The notes under the pieces are model-generated. The model was not told the DNA's origin and did not search any database. It saw only the letters and a list, made by a program, of their open reading frames with translations. DNA of 64,000 bases, from NCBI GenBank assembly GCA_965238175.1, contig CBDEGZ010000003.1, positions 608,001-672,000 on the forward strand, written 5' to 3'. This document shows positions 28,375 to 40,778 of the stretch, in pieces. Every line of letters starts with the position of its first letter. Position 1 is the first letter of the stretch. The position numbers and the translations under genes are program-made. This stretch comes from Gammaproteobacteria bacterium (lineage in GTDB: Bacteria > Pseudomonadota > Gammaproteobacteria > CAJXQU01).

Positions 28375-30522
28375 TTATCGTTGTGTAGAAAGTTCTTCCC
28401 ACGGCCACTTAGGCGTATGAAGTATAGTTTCAATGGTGGAAAAATTAACAGGTTTACAGATATTTGAACCTTGCAAATAATTGGGGTTGAGTTTGCGTAT
28501 TGAATCAATATTTGTATCTGGGTAGATATTACAAATAATGACAGGAATATTGTGGCTATGTACAAAATTAATTTTGGATTTGATCATGTGGTAGTGGTCG
28601 TGACTAACAGGGCTATCTGGGTTTTTGATCATGATCATATCTGTATTAGTATTTTTTAATTCATTATCAAACAGCATTCCTGGACCTTGTAATTCAACAC
28701 ATTTACTAAAATTGTTTTTACTACATAAGTCCTGAAGCAAATCAGATTGTTTTTTTGTTAGAGATTGATTCTCTTCATCTGTGAGATAAAGATAATATCG
28801 AACTCTACTACTCAGATTTTTTAGCATAAGACGATCCAATCTTTTTATGAAAGTTTCGTGCAAATAATAAGAATTGAAAAAATCGAAGATGATAAAAAAA
28901 TCTGGTTCGAAGTAAGTTAGAGCATCGCTATTGATGATCTGTTTATCTAGAATATCAAGAATATGATTATTGATTTTATCTGAAATTCTTTTTTCATTTA
29001 CTACTGACAAATAGTCCTTAAGATAGATTGTACCTCTACGTGGGTGTTCCCAAACCAGAATGGTCTCAACACCGGAGATCAGGTCACTTTCTGACGAAAC
29101 TATAGGCTGATAGAGTAGATTAATTTCATCATTACTTATTGCGTTATTGATATCTGCTTCAAAGCGAGAAAGTAAAGAGACTTTAAGGTTCAATTTTTCG
29201 TCAAAAATTTCATCACAACCACCACCCAATACTTTAGCTCTAATTAAAGCAGTATTTGCATCTCGAATAACGTGGTTGTGATCAGAGTATTGAGGTGAGC
29301 TGGTCGCAATACCAACACTTACGGTTATAAATAGATTCGAGTTTTCTAATATTATCGATGTTGATAAGCTGTTGTGAATTTTTTCTGTGAAATTAGTAAT
29401 CTCATCGAGTGATGAGATATTCTCAATTAATATTGCAAACTTATCATCTTTAATCATACAGATCGTATCAAGAGGTCTCATAATATCTGATAAGGTTTGT
29501 TGCATCTGGATTCGTACTTTGTTGCGACTTTCTTCACTAAAGTTCATAAGTAATTTATTTATTCTATCTGCTTGAACCATCAGTAAAGCAAAATTAAAGT
29601 CATTGAGCTCACTAGATCGGGTGACAGCTAGCATCAACCTGTCCATGAATAAATGTCGGTGTGTTAGATCTGTATTACCCACATATAGAGTATCATTTAA
29701 TGATTGTAGATAGTCTTTTTTCCAACTGGTGATGTTGGTCATATGACCTTCAAGGCTTAACAATTCACCGTTGGATGAATAATTTCCTTGTCCTCGTTCC
29801 CAGATCCATTTTTCTTCGCCTTTAATCGTTGTTATTTGATATATGAGTTCAAAAGGAGTGCGATCATTTAAAGCCAGTTGAACTTCATTCCATACGTTTT
29901 CTCTATCTTCCGGATGAATTAGTGATGCAAATGTTACGGATTTATTTATCAAGTCTTCAGGCTTATAACCTGTCAGTTTATAACAGCCTGATGAAACATA
30001 CTCCATAGTCCAGTCATGATCATTTCTTCCTCGATATATAAGACCACTCAGGTTATCGACAAGGCTTGATAAGCTACGGTGTGTTGCTTCAAACTCACCT
30101 GCCTCACGTACTTCATCACTAATATCTGTTAACGATCCAACGATGACCGGAGTAGTTTCATCAAATTTGTTAGCATGCAAACTTGCCCAGAAAAAATTTT
30201 CTTCCTTAGAAATAAAACGTACCTTTATATGAAAGTGTTCTTTCTCTTTTTTAATTAAACTTATAATATTCTGGTTGCATAAATCACGATCATTTGGATG
30301 AACAAACTCAAGAAAATTTTTGCCTAGACTTTCTTCAAGAGAAAATCCAGTAAATGTTACCCACGTTCCATTTAAAAAAATCCAGCTTCCAGCTACATCT
30401 ATCTGGAATATAACTTGATTGAGGTGTTCAATTAGATCTAATGAGCTGTTTAATAAATCTCTGGAAGGTTTGCTTCTAGATTTTATTATAGCCGGCAGCA
30501 AGATTTTTTTTAAAAAATTCAT
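28375..30522 (-). CDS. PAS-PAS-GGDEF-EAL protein with degenerate catalytic motifs
   Basis: Two PAS/PAC domains (FVHPNDR, LIHPEDR); GGDEF replaced by KDDKF; EAL replaced by ETIL; YLQG remnant. Confidence 0.85.
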   Translation of the reverse strand: MNFLKKILLPAIIKSRSKPSRDLLNSSLDLIEHLNQVIFQIDVAGSWIFLNGTWVTFTGFSLEESLGKNFLEFVHPNDRDLCNQNIISLIKKEKEHFHIKVRFISKEENFFWASLHANKFDETTPVIVGSLTDISDEVREAGEFEATHRSLSSLVDNLSGLIYRGRNDHDWTMEYVSSGCYKLTGYKPEDLINKSVTFASLIHPEDRENVWNEVQLALNDRTPFELIYQITTIKGEEKWIWERGQGNYSSNGELLSLEGHMTNITSWKKDYLQSLNDTLYVGNTDLTHRHLFMDRLMLAVTRSSELNDFNFALLMVQADRINKLLMNFSEESRNKVRIQMQQTLSDIMRPLDTICMIKDDKFAILIENISSLDEITNFTEKIHNSLSTSIILENSNLFITVSVGIATSSPQYSDHNHVIRDANTALIRAKVLGGGCDEIFDEKLNLKVSLLSRFEADINNAISNDEINLLYQPIVSSESDLISGVETILVWEHPRRGTIYLKDYLSVVNEKRISDKINNHILDILDKQIINSDALTYFEPDFFIIFDFFNSYYLHETFIKRLDRLMLKNLSSRVRYYLYLTDEENQSLTKKQSDLLQDLCSKNNFSKCVELQGPGMLFDNELKNTNTDMIMIKNPDSPVSHDHYHMIKSKINFVHSHNIPVIICNIYPDTNIDSIRKLNPNYLQGSNICKPVNFSTIETILHTPKWPWEELSTQR

Positions 30523-30597
30523 GAATAATATTTTTTATAAATAAGCCGAAAAAAATATTGCCGATAGTTGATAATGAAATTACTAAAACTAATTGTG

Positions 30598-31272
30598 TTA
30601 GACATCTTTATGTTCTAAAGCCCAAACAGCTGCTTCTAATCGAGACTTAAGCTTCAATTTTCGCAAAAGATTTTTAACATGAACTTTCACTGTGCCGTCA
30701 CTGATTTCAAGCTTTCTTGCAATTACTTTATTACACGAACCTTCTGAAATATATGACAAAATTTCAGATTCTCTATTTGTCAAAGAGGATTTGTCAGTGG
30801 GAGAGTCATACTTGTCTTCCCTAATTGCTTGGGACAATATTGAAGCTAATGAGTCATCAAGCACAGTTTCGCCTTTTGCTGCTTGTCTAATTTTATTGAG
30901 CATATCTTCAGGCTCAGAATCCTTTAGTAGATAACCATCTGCACCTAAACGAATAGCTGTGACCAGGTCTTTCTCAACGTCAGATACAGTTAACATGATT
31001 ACCAGCGAATCAAGATCTGTTTCTTTAATATATTTTAATACTTGAAAGCCATCCATCTGCTTCATATTTAGATCAAGTAGGATAAGGTCAGGTTTTTTAA
31101 GGTTTGCAATCTGAATACCTTCTTTACCTGATGCAGATTCACCGACAACATTTAAATCATTTTGTGAGTTTATGAGCTGTACAACGCCTTTTCGAAATAA
31201 AGGGTGATCATCAATAATCAGTACGGAATTTATTTCTGGTTCTAGCTCCATTTCTATTTCTCCAGGATTCAA
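30598..31272 (-). CDS. NarL/LuxR-family response regulator
   Basis: IIDDHPLFRKG, LLDLNM, GADGYLLKD, LTNRESEIL..NKVIARKLEISDGTVKVHVKNLLRKL. Confidence 0.92.
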   Translation of the reverse strand: MNPGEIEMELEPEINSVLIIDDHPLFRKGVVQLINSQNDLNVVGESASGKEGIQIANLKKPDLILLDLNMKQMDGFQVLKYIKETDLDSLVIMLTVSDVEKDLVTAIRLGADGYLLKDSEPEDMLNKIRQAAKGETVLDDSLASILSQAIREDKYDSPTDKSSLTNRESEILSYISEGSCNKVIARKLEISDGTVKVHVKNLLRKLKLKSRLEAAVWALEHKDV

Positions 31273-32591
31273 TCAGAAGATTGATTATTCGTATTAAATT
31301 TTATCAAAACAATAGTCCCACCACCCAAATTTTCTTTAAACTGAATATTCCCATTTAATGCTAACACTCTTTCTTGCATAATAATGATCCCATGATGTCT
31401 ATCACGGTTATATGTTTTCGGTAATCCAATACCGTTGTCCTCAATGCGGATACTGATTGGAGAGTTATTATTATAGTGTAAAGATACTTGTGCAGTAGTA
31501 GCTTGAGAGTGTCTGATCATATTTGATAAACCTTCACGAATGATTTGTAGGAGTTGGACTTCTTCAGGCACTGATAATAAATTTTCCGGTATTCTGTTAT
31601 CGACATTAATATCAATAATACTCCTGTTCGAAAATTCTCTTATGGAATCATTTAATGCTTGTTTAAAGCCTCTCCCACCTAAGGTAATTCTGTAAGATGA
31701 CATGAGTTCTCGAAGGTGGCGATATGCAATATTTAATGACGTTCGTAATTCCTGGATCACATTATCAATAACCAGCGCATCATCATTTGATAAAGCAGAT
31801 ACTGAAATTATTTCTTGTAATCGGCTTACTTGAATTTTCATATAAGATAGAGACTGGGCAATGGAATCGTGCAGTTCTCGTGCGATTGATGCACGCTCAT
31901 CATACTGAACATTTCTAATATTTTCTTCAGTTAGTCTTGAGATATAGAGAATGTTAGCCATGAATTTCGAATATAATTTGAAAGTATCTTCGACCTGTTT
32001 TGTAACGATTAAATCGATTGGTATTCTAAACACTAGTTGACCTTGAAATTCCACCCCTCTATAGATCGGGATATAGACAACGTTGAATGATGTATTCTGT
32101 CCATTTTTTACAAGTATCTCACCATTAGATAGAACCAACGTGTCATAGGGGGACTCGGATGGCCATGGAGGATCCGTAATGTTTGAATTTACAAATAGTT
32201 TCACATGATCTGTATCTTCATCAGGCAAATAAATTGCTGAAGAACATGCACCCGAAAGTGATTCAATATTTTCCAGAAAATTTATATAGGGTTTTTTTGA
32301 TAGAGGATTTTTATATAACTCGGACAAAAGATCATGCGCACTATCTATCAGAGAAATTAGTAGTTCACTATTATTTTTTAAAAACATTTCACTTTTGTAT
32401 ATATAGATGAATAATGCAAAAAGTATCAGAGTTGTAATTAAGAATAGAATGTTGCTTGAAACTAAAAGTGAACTTGCTTTCTCAGAAGTTATCCACCAAT
32501 TAATTAAATTTAAAACAAAAACTAAAGTCAAACCAATTAATAACAGGTGTTTGTTTTCAAAACGAATAGTTAAGTGTTTTTTATGTGGCAT
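31269..32591 (-). CDS. NarX/NarQ-like HisKA_3 sensor kinase without a large periplasmic domain
   Basis: ERASIARELHDSIAQSLSY, QIIREGLSNMIRHS, DNGIG, HHGIIIMQER; two adjacent N-terminal TMs. Confidence 0.88.
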   Translation of the reverse strand: MPHKKHLTIRFENKHLLLIGLTLVFVLNLINWWITSEKASSLLVSSNILFLITTLILFALFIYIYKSEMFLKNNSELLISLIDSAHDLLSELYKNPLSKKPYINFLENIESLSGACSSAIYLPDEDTDHVKLFVNSNITDPPWPSESPYDTLVLSNGEILVKNGQNTSFNVVYIPIYRGVEFQGQLVFRIPIDLIVTKQVEDTFKLYSKFMANILYISRLTEENIRNVQYDERASIARELHDSIAQSLSYMKIQVSRLQEIISVSALSNDDALVIDNVIQELRTSLNIAYRHLRELMSSYRITLGGRGFKQALNDSIREFSNRSIIDINVDNRIPENLLSVPEEVQLLQIIREGLSNMIRHSQATTAQVSLHYNNNSPISIRIEDNGIGLPKTYNRDRHHGIIIMQERVLALNGNIQFKENLGGGTIVLIKFNTNNQSSD

Positions 32592-32949
32592 AGAGTAAGC
32601 TCATTGACAAACATCATGCTTAATATAAATACTTTTTAAATGATCTATTTTGAAATACATATAAACCGTAAATAGGTGATAGTGGTTATACATCTTAATC
32701 CTAAAATAACCCTGTTTAAAACTAATATTCATCGACTACTACTTATTAAGTACTAACGAAAGGGGATTGTCTGAATTATGCTGATAAGAGAGGATCCTTT
32801 ATGCAGTTGTAGTAGCTTTCCACCTTATGTAACACGAAGTTGAATAGGCTTCTTCACTATTTACCCCACTCTTTACCTATATTGAGTGGGGCCTTTTTTA
32901 GTATTTAATAACGCATGTTCAAATAATAGTTTTGCGATTTTTGAACGTG

Positions 32950-32984
32950 TACCCATAAAGTGGTACTCCTTCAAAGCGATTGAT
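32950..32984 (+). promoter_or_regulatory. Shared NarL-type motif (7-2-7 plus TACTCC-N9-ATTGAY) upstream of the porin
   Basis: TACCCAT-AA-AGTGGTA-CTCCTTCAAAGCG-ATTGAT. Confidence 0.6.
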
Positions 32985-33235
32985 ATTTAAGGCTAAATCG
33001 CTTCAAATTAGGATGTGGTAATTTACAATAAATGTATGGAGTGTTTGTTGTAATTTAACAACATATTTTATATTTGGTTAATAAAAATTAGAAAATATAC
33101 GTAGGAATATGGGTAGTACTTATCTAAACAATTAGTACTTGTCTAATTTTTGAAACCTTAACAAAACGATCATACAAAGCAAGTTTTTGATCCTTAAAAA
33201 ATTAAAGATATCCCGGCCTAGGAGGGAAAAGAGTT

Positions 33236-34084
33236 ATGAATAAAATATTAGCAATGGCGGCGGCATTACTACTTGTATCGTCATCGACAGTATCTGCGGA
33301 AGATGGTGGCCCATTTGACGCCAGTAATTTTTCAGCAACATTGACGTTCACTACGGATTATACATTCCGAGGTGTTACATTTTCAGGTACAGGTGATGCT
33401 GATGGTGAGCCAGCTTTACAGGGTAGTTTTGACTGGGGTTATGGTCCATGGTTTGCTGGTGCCTGGGCATCAAGCCAAGCACCACTTGATGGAGCACTAG
33501 ATCCAAATTTTGTGGCACCTGGAGGTGATGATGTTGCCAGTGGAACATTGGAAATCGATTATTACTTTGGTTGGTCAGATACCGTTGGAGGTATTGATCT
33601 GACCGTTTTTCCACTCTTCTATACCTATCCAGGCCAGGATCAGTTGGACGATTTCACATTTGAACTCTGGACAGCGGTAGGTTATGGCTTCGCCAACGCT
33701 CCGGGGGCTCCGTATCTCAATTTTGAATTCAATTGGTCACCGGAATTCTTTGATGGTGGTGATGATGCTTTCTACTACAGACTTTCGGCAGCTTTCACAT
33801 TAGCAAACGATTTTGGTATTGATTTTGGTTATGGTTATCAAGACGTAGGCGGAGATGGTAACGGAGATGTGTCAGTTGGTGGTACCGGTGATGGTAGTAG
33901 GTTCTTTTCTGATGATTACGGTCATTGGGATATTGGTGTGACCAAATCTTTTCTAGGGTTTGATTTTGATTTGCGTTACCACGATGCAGATGATGATGCT
34001 GATTTTACATTAGCTGACGATGGATTTGATTTTAAAATTGCGCATGACAGCGAAGTTGTTTTCTCTGTTTCACGTAGTTTCTAA
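33236..34084 (+). CDS. TorF/Gcw_chp family putative outer-membrane porin
   Basis: Signal peptide, TDYTFRGV, PALQGSFD, GAWAS, EIDYYFG, C-terminal VFSVSRSF. Confidence 0.85.
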   Translation: MNKILAMAAALLLVSSSTVSAEDGGPFDASNFSATLTFTTDYTFRGVTFSGTGDADGEPALQGSFDWGYGPWFAGAWASSQAPLDGALDPNFVAPGGDDVASGTLEIDYYFGWSDTVGGIDLTVFPLFYTYPGQDQLDDFTFELWTAVGYGFANAPGAPYLNFEFNWSPEFFDGGDDAFYYRLSAAFTLANDFGIDFGYGYQDVGGDGNGDVSVGGTGDGSRFFSDDYGHWDIGVTKSFLGFDFDLRYHDADDDADFTLADDGFDFKIAHDSEVVFSVSRSF

Positions 34085-34173
34085 ATTAAACGAAAGTTTA
34101 TATATTGCTTGACTAATCCCCTCTTACCGGAAAAGTCTGGACACATATATAGCGAGTTGATTTAGGGATAGGG

Positions 34174-34200
34174 TAGTGGCTCGAGAGGGCCACTATTTTA
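34174..34200 (+). terminator. Rho-independent terminator
   Basis: TAGTGGCTC-GAGA-GGGCCACTA-TTTT. Confidence 0.6.
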
Positions 34201-34294
34201 TTAGCTTCTTCATGTTTAAAACCCATTAATAATTTTCAATAGTTCTCTTCTTATCTAAACCTTCTAGGTGAATTAAAGGTTGTTTAAAAACACC

Positions 34295-34329
34295 TACTCC
34301 CTATTAGGTACACCTAATGTGAAATTGAT
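34295..34329 (+). promoter_or_regulatory. Shared NarL-type motif upstream of tmd
   Basis: TACTCCC-TA-TTAGGTA-CACCTAATGTGAA-ATTGAT. Confidence 0.6.
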
Positions 34330-34374
34330 CAGAAACACTTTTCGGATCACTCTTTAACATCTTTGAAACATTAA

Positions 34375-34662
34375 GGAAGCTCTGAACAAGTCATGATTGT
34401 TTTATGCTGGCTAAAACCATCCCAAACTTATCCAAAGATCGCTGTAATAGAACAACTATTACTGCTTACTTCGAAAAAGTTTGAAATAATTTTATCTCAG
34501 CCTAAATTCAACCAGACTTATTCAGAGATCCCTTAAGGGACCTCTGATGCGTCATGAACGGTCAACTTGAGTTCAAACTATTCAATCTCAGCATTACGAA
34601 ACTGAGCAATAGAACCACTATTGCATGCGTTTCGTGTTTTGCCCAGACACATCAGAAGTTCC
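34375..34662. mobile_element. Two related MITEs in tandem (34375-34532 and 34537-34662) joined by TTAA
   Basis: GGAAGCTCTGAACAAGTC...GACTTATTCAGAGATCCC and GGGACCTCTGATGCGTC...GACACATCAGAAGTTCC; each has a central AATAG-N5-CTATT. Confidence 0.7.
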
Positions 34663-34798
34663 TAAAACTAACTAGAAAATTATCGAGGTATTAATCAGTT
34701 GATTTATTGTGAACCTATCTCTCTTTATAGATCGTCGAAAGCCTTTCTGAGTTACGGATCAATCCAAATCATTAATCAACGTTATAAGAATAATATAG

Positions 34799-37006
<2,208 letters not shown>

Positions 37007-37119
37007 TTATTTCTTTCAAGCTACTGTTGGTAAATTTTGGTTTTGCCGACAGGGGTTTTCTATAAATAATATAAATAATATGAATTATTTGAATCAGTAA
37101 TCTTATTTATAAGGATAGC

Positions 37120-39273
37120 ATGATCAATCCAGCACATAATCCGGAGCAGGTGACCCGCACCTTGTTTCAAGAGTTTCCTACCTGGATGACAGTGTCATTT
37201 TATATCATTGGTTTTGCCGCCATAGGCATATTTATCTACGGCTGTTATATACAGATCCGTAAATACAAAAGAGGGCAAAGATCAGAATGGTCGATATCCT
37301 CTCTTTGGCCAAAACTCCAACAAATGGCCGCTACTGTTTTATCCCATAGAACATTAACTCGACGCGATAAGCCAGCAGGTCGTTCGCATGCACGAATATT
37401 TTACGGCTTTGCATTGTTGTTTATTGGTACATCTATAATCACACTGGAATACGATATTTTAGAACCCCTAACTGGGATCAAATTCTGGTATGGATCATTT
37501 TATCTTTGGTTCTCATTAATTCTTGATGTCGCGGGTGTTTTTCTGATCGCGGGTCTTCTATACATGATGTACCGACGTAAATGGATGGGATTACCAAAGC
37601 TGGATTATGCGCGACCTGATCGATCACTAGAAGATCCTGACTATGATCGTTCCTCGTATCATCGTGAGGACTGGGCATTCCTCTGGACCTTGATATTAAT
37701 AGGCCTCACCGGATTCTTATTAGAAGCCAGTCGCTTGATTTGGTTACAAGCTGATCCAACTGTTTGGGATTATCGCTGGTGGTCGCCGGTTGGAATGTTC
37801 ATCGCCTCGATTTTTTCTGGTTTTGGAATGTCACCAGAGAGTGCTGGTGAATTCCGAATGGGGTTATGGTGGTTTCACGGAATTATCTCTTTAACGTTTA
37901 TTGCCTTAGTCCCTTTCAGCAAGGCCAAGCATATTTTTACAGCAATGGGATCACTAACATTAAAAGATCCTCTTGCGGTGCAACATCTTCCTGCAGCAGA
38001 TATGGACAAGGATAAAATTGGCTATTCTGTGTTGACAGATTTTACTTCAAAGCATTTATTACAACTTGATGCCTGTACTAAATGTGGACGCTGTCATGAA
38101 GCCTGTCCTGCTAACGCGACAGAGTATCCGCTCTCTCCGCGCGATCTGGTTTTGTCCTTGAGAGAACAATCAAACCAGTGCTTGTCTTCAGGCACTATGC
38201 CAAGTTTGGTTGAGTTAGCTGTCAGCGGTGAAGGTATAAATAAGATCTTGCCGGAAACATTATGGTCGTGTCGTACTTGTGCTGCTTGTGTAGAAATTTG
38301 TCCGGTCGGTATTGAGCATGTTCCGATGATTGTCGAGATGCGTCGCGCCCTGATCGAAGAAGGGGAGATGGAACCGCAGTTACAAAAAACACTGCAATCG
38401 ATTCATAAAGCAGGCAATTCTTTTGGAGACAATAAACGTAAGCGTCCGGCCTGGACTAAGAAGCTCAATTTCAAGATTAAAAATGCCACAAAGGAACCTG
38501 TCGATGTTCTCTGGTTTGTTGGTGATTACGCTTCTTTTGATCCACGTTATCAAAAAGTCTCACAGGATTTTGCCAACATTTTGAATGAGGTAGGACTTAA
38601 CTTTGGGATCCTTTATGAAAAAGAAATGACGGCTGGCAATGATGTACGTCGAGTTGGTGAAGAAGGCCTTTATCAACATGTTGCTGAATTAAATATTGCC
38701 ACACTTGAAGTTTGTGATTTCAAAAGCATCGTTACGACTGATCCACATTCTTATAACACGATCAAAAATGAATACCCGGAATTTGGGGGTGAGTACGATA
38801 TCGAGCATGCCAGTGCAATGATCCAACGCTTGCTCGATTCTTGTGAAATTAAATTGGCCAGAAGGTTAGATCTAAAAGTGACTTATCACGACCCTTGTAA
38901 CTTAGGGCGGTATAACAAAGGTTATAACCCACCACGTGAAGCGATAAAGTCTCTGGGTGCGAATTTGATCGAGATGGAGCGTTCACAAGATAACGCTTTT
39001 TGTTGCGGAGCCGGTGGTGGGCGGATCTGGCACCCTGATCCGATCGGAAAAGAAAAACCATCGGAAAACAGAGTCAAAGAAGCTGGTCAGATCGAAGATC
39101 TCGACGTTTTGGTAGTTAACTGTCCCAAATGTATGACGATGATGGAAGATGCGGTGAAGTCGACTGGACATGATAAAGATTTTGTCGTTCGAGAATTGAC
39201 CGAGCTGGTGGCTGAATGCATGGATTTTGATCAAGAAGATGCAGATCAAGAAAGCGAGTCAGTAACTTCTTAA
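37120..39273 (+). CDS. FadF/HdrED-like membrane Fe-S oxidoreductase (probable ETF:quinone oxidoreductase)
   Basis: N-terminal NarI-like TMs with His, CTKCGRCHEACP, CRTCAACVEICP, YHDPCNLGR, CCGAGGG, CPKC. Confidence 0.85.
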   Translation: MINPAHNPEQVTRTLFQEFPTWMTVSFYIIGFAAIGIFIYGCYIQIRKYKRGQRSEWSISSLWPKLQQMAATVLSHRTLTRRDKPAGRSHARIFYGFALLFIGTSIITLEYDILEPLTGIKFWYGSFYLWFSLILDVAGVFLIAGLLYMMYRRKWMGLPKLDYARPDRSLEDPDYDRSSYHREDWAFLWTLILIGLTGFLLEASRLIWLQADPTVWDYRWWSPVGMFIASIFSGFGMSPESAGEFRMGLWWFHGIISLTFIALVPFSKAKHIFTAMGSLTLKDPLAVQHLPAADMDKDKIGYSVLTDFTSKHLLQLDACTKCGRCHEACPANATEYPLSPRDLVLSLREQSNQCLSSGTMPSLVELAVSGEGINKILPETLWSCRTCAACVEICPVGIEHVPMIVEMRRALIEEGEMEPQLQKTLQSIHKAGNSFGDNKRKRPAWTKKLNFKIKNATKEPVDVLWFVGDYASFDPRYQKVSQDFANILNEVGLNFGILYEKEMTAGNDVRRVGEEGLYQHVAELNIATLEVCDFKSIVTTDPHSYNTIKNEYPEFGGEYDIEHASAMIQRLLDSCEIKLARRLDLKVTYHDPCNLGRYNKGYNPPREAIKSLGANLIEMERSQDNAFCCGAGGGRIWHPDPIGKEKPSENRVKEAGQIEDLDVLVVNCPKCMTMMEDAVKSTGHDKDFVVRELTELVAECMDFDQEDADQESESVTS

Positions 39274-39320
39274 GCTAAAAGAGAAATGAATATATTAAAA
39301 CGATCCGCATATTTCATACT

Positions 39321-40778
39321 GTGATCACAGAAACATTAACAGAATTTATACCAACAACTTTACCAAAAACTTTAGATGAACTGACTGAATGGATACTCGA
39401 ACAAAAAGATGTATACGCCGCGTTAGCAGCACATCCATTTGTGAATCCAGGTTCACAATTACAATTGGAAAAGTTGATGTTTAATAATAAACGAACAAAG
39501 TTGGCTTTTGCTTCATCACATTACACACCTGTTAGTGTTCTGAATCGACTTGTTCAAGATCAAAAAGACGATTCATATAACCAACAATTACTTCTAAGGA
39601 TAGTTAAGCATTCAAATACTTCGGCAGAGGCAATAAAAAGAATTTATCAAAAGAAGAATTCAGAAATAATTAACTTATTAATTGCTGTACATAAAAATAC
39701 ACCTAGCTCTATTTTGCAAGAGCTCGACTGGAAAAATTCAGACAAGATCAGACAGGCCTTATGTGCTAACCCAAATACACCTATTGAATTGATTAAAAAG
39801 ATATTTCCCGTAAGTAGTAACAAAGAAAAGAAAAAGTTGATAAAAAATCCACAACTGGATGAATCAATTTTGAATGCTGTTTGGGATGAGGGTGATAAAT
39901 ATCTGCAGGCTGAAGTGGCCGCACATAAAAACTGCCCACCAAAATTGATCGACCAAGCAGTTAATAGCCCTTATGCGATCGTAAGAAAAAGGCTCGCTTC
40001 AAATAACTCTATTAATGATGCTATTCGACATCAATTGTTACAGGATGATGAGTCACAAGTACGTGCGGCATTGGTTAAAAATCAGCAAGTAACTTGTGAG
40101 TCTTTCAGTGAAGATGAATTTCTTGAACTTTGTGAAGATCCTTCAAAACAGGTACGTCGTAATCAAGCGCAGCGATCAGAAATTGATTCCACTGTGATAG
40201 TGCGACTTGCTAAAGATAAGGATGTCTGGGTGAGACGTTGGTTAGCAAGAAATATAAAAATGCCAGAAGTAATTTTGAGAGGACTAGCAGAAGATGAAGA
40301 TGAAAATGTAAGGCGATCGGTTTCGAGGAACCCATCGTGCCCAGAAAATTTATTAATAAAGTTAACAAAAGATGATTCATCTTGGGTAAGAGCAGGAGTG
40401 GCGTTGCGATCAGATATACCGCAAGAGTACTTACTCAAATTATCGAAGGGAAATGATGTAGATGTGATTTCAGCAGTAGGATCAAATGAGTCTACGCCAG
40501 TCGAAATTCTTGATGAAATTATCAACAGCAACAATCGTGATATTCGTCGTTCTGTAATTATTAATAAGCAAGTTACAGGAAAGACATTAGAGAAACTTCA
40601 GGATGATCCTTATCCATTAAACAGAATTATTCTCGCAAGTCGAAAGCAGTGTAAGTCGAAGACAAGATGGCGGTTGGCCAATGACCCAGATCCAGAAGTG
40701 AGATTTAGTGCGATCAGTATGTACAGCAAAAATCTACGTGACATGGAGCAAGAGAAAATACGGGGTAGTAAAAGATGA
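39321..40778 (+). CDS. Leucine-rich repeat variant (LRV)/HEAT-like repeat protein
   Basis: Many ~24-aa repeats, e.g. LAKDKDVWVRRWLARN, LAEDEDENVRRSVSRNPSCP, NPNTP. Confidence 0.8.
   Translation: MITETLTEFIPTTLPKTLDELTEWILEQKDVYAALAAHPFVNPGSQLQLEKLMFNNKRTKLAFASSHYTPVSVLNRLVQDQKDDSYNQQLLLRIVKHSNTSAEAIKRIYQKKNSEIINLLIAVHKNTPSSILQELDWKNSDKIRQALCANPNTPIELIKKIFPVSSNKEKKKLIKNPQLDESILNAVWDEGDKYLQAEVAAHKNCPPKLIDQAVNSPYAIVRKRLASNNSINDAIRHQLLQDDESQVRAALVKNQQVTCESFSEDEFLELCEDPSKQVRRNQAQRSEIDSTVIVRLAKDKDVWVRRWLARNIKMPEVILRGLAEDEDENVRRSVSRNPSCPENLLIKLTKDDSSWVRAGVALRSDIPQEYLLKLSKGNDVDVISAVGSNESTPVEILDEIINSNNRDIRRSVIINKQVTGKTLEKLQDDPYPLNRIILASRKQCKSKTRWRLANDPDPEVRFSAISMYSKNLRDMEQEKIRGSKR

Noticed and set aside
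30598-32591. Naming the pair narX/narL
   Set aside because: No periplasmic nitrate-binding domain and no nar/nap genes nearby
32604-32617. FNR box TTGACAAACATCAT
   Set aside because: Two mismatches in AT-rich DNA and only 13 bp from the start codon; not distinguishable from chance
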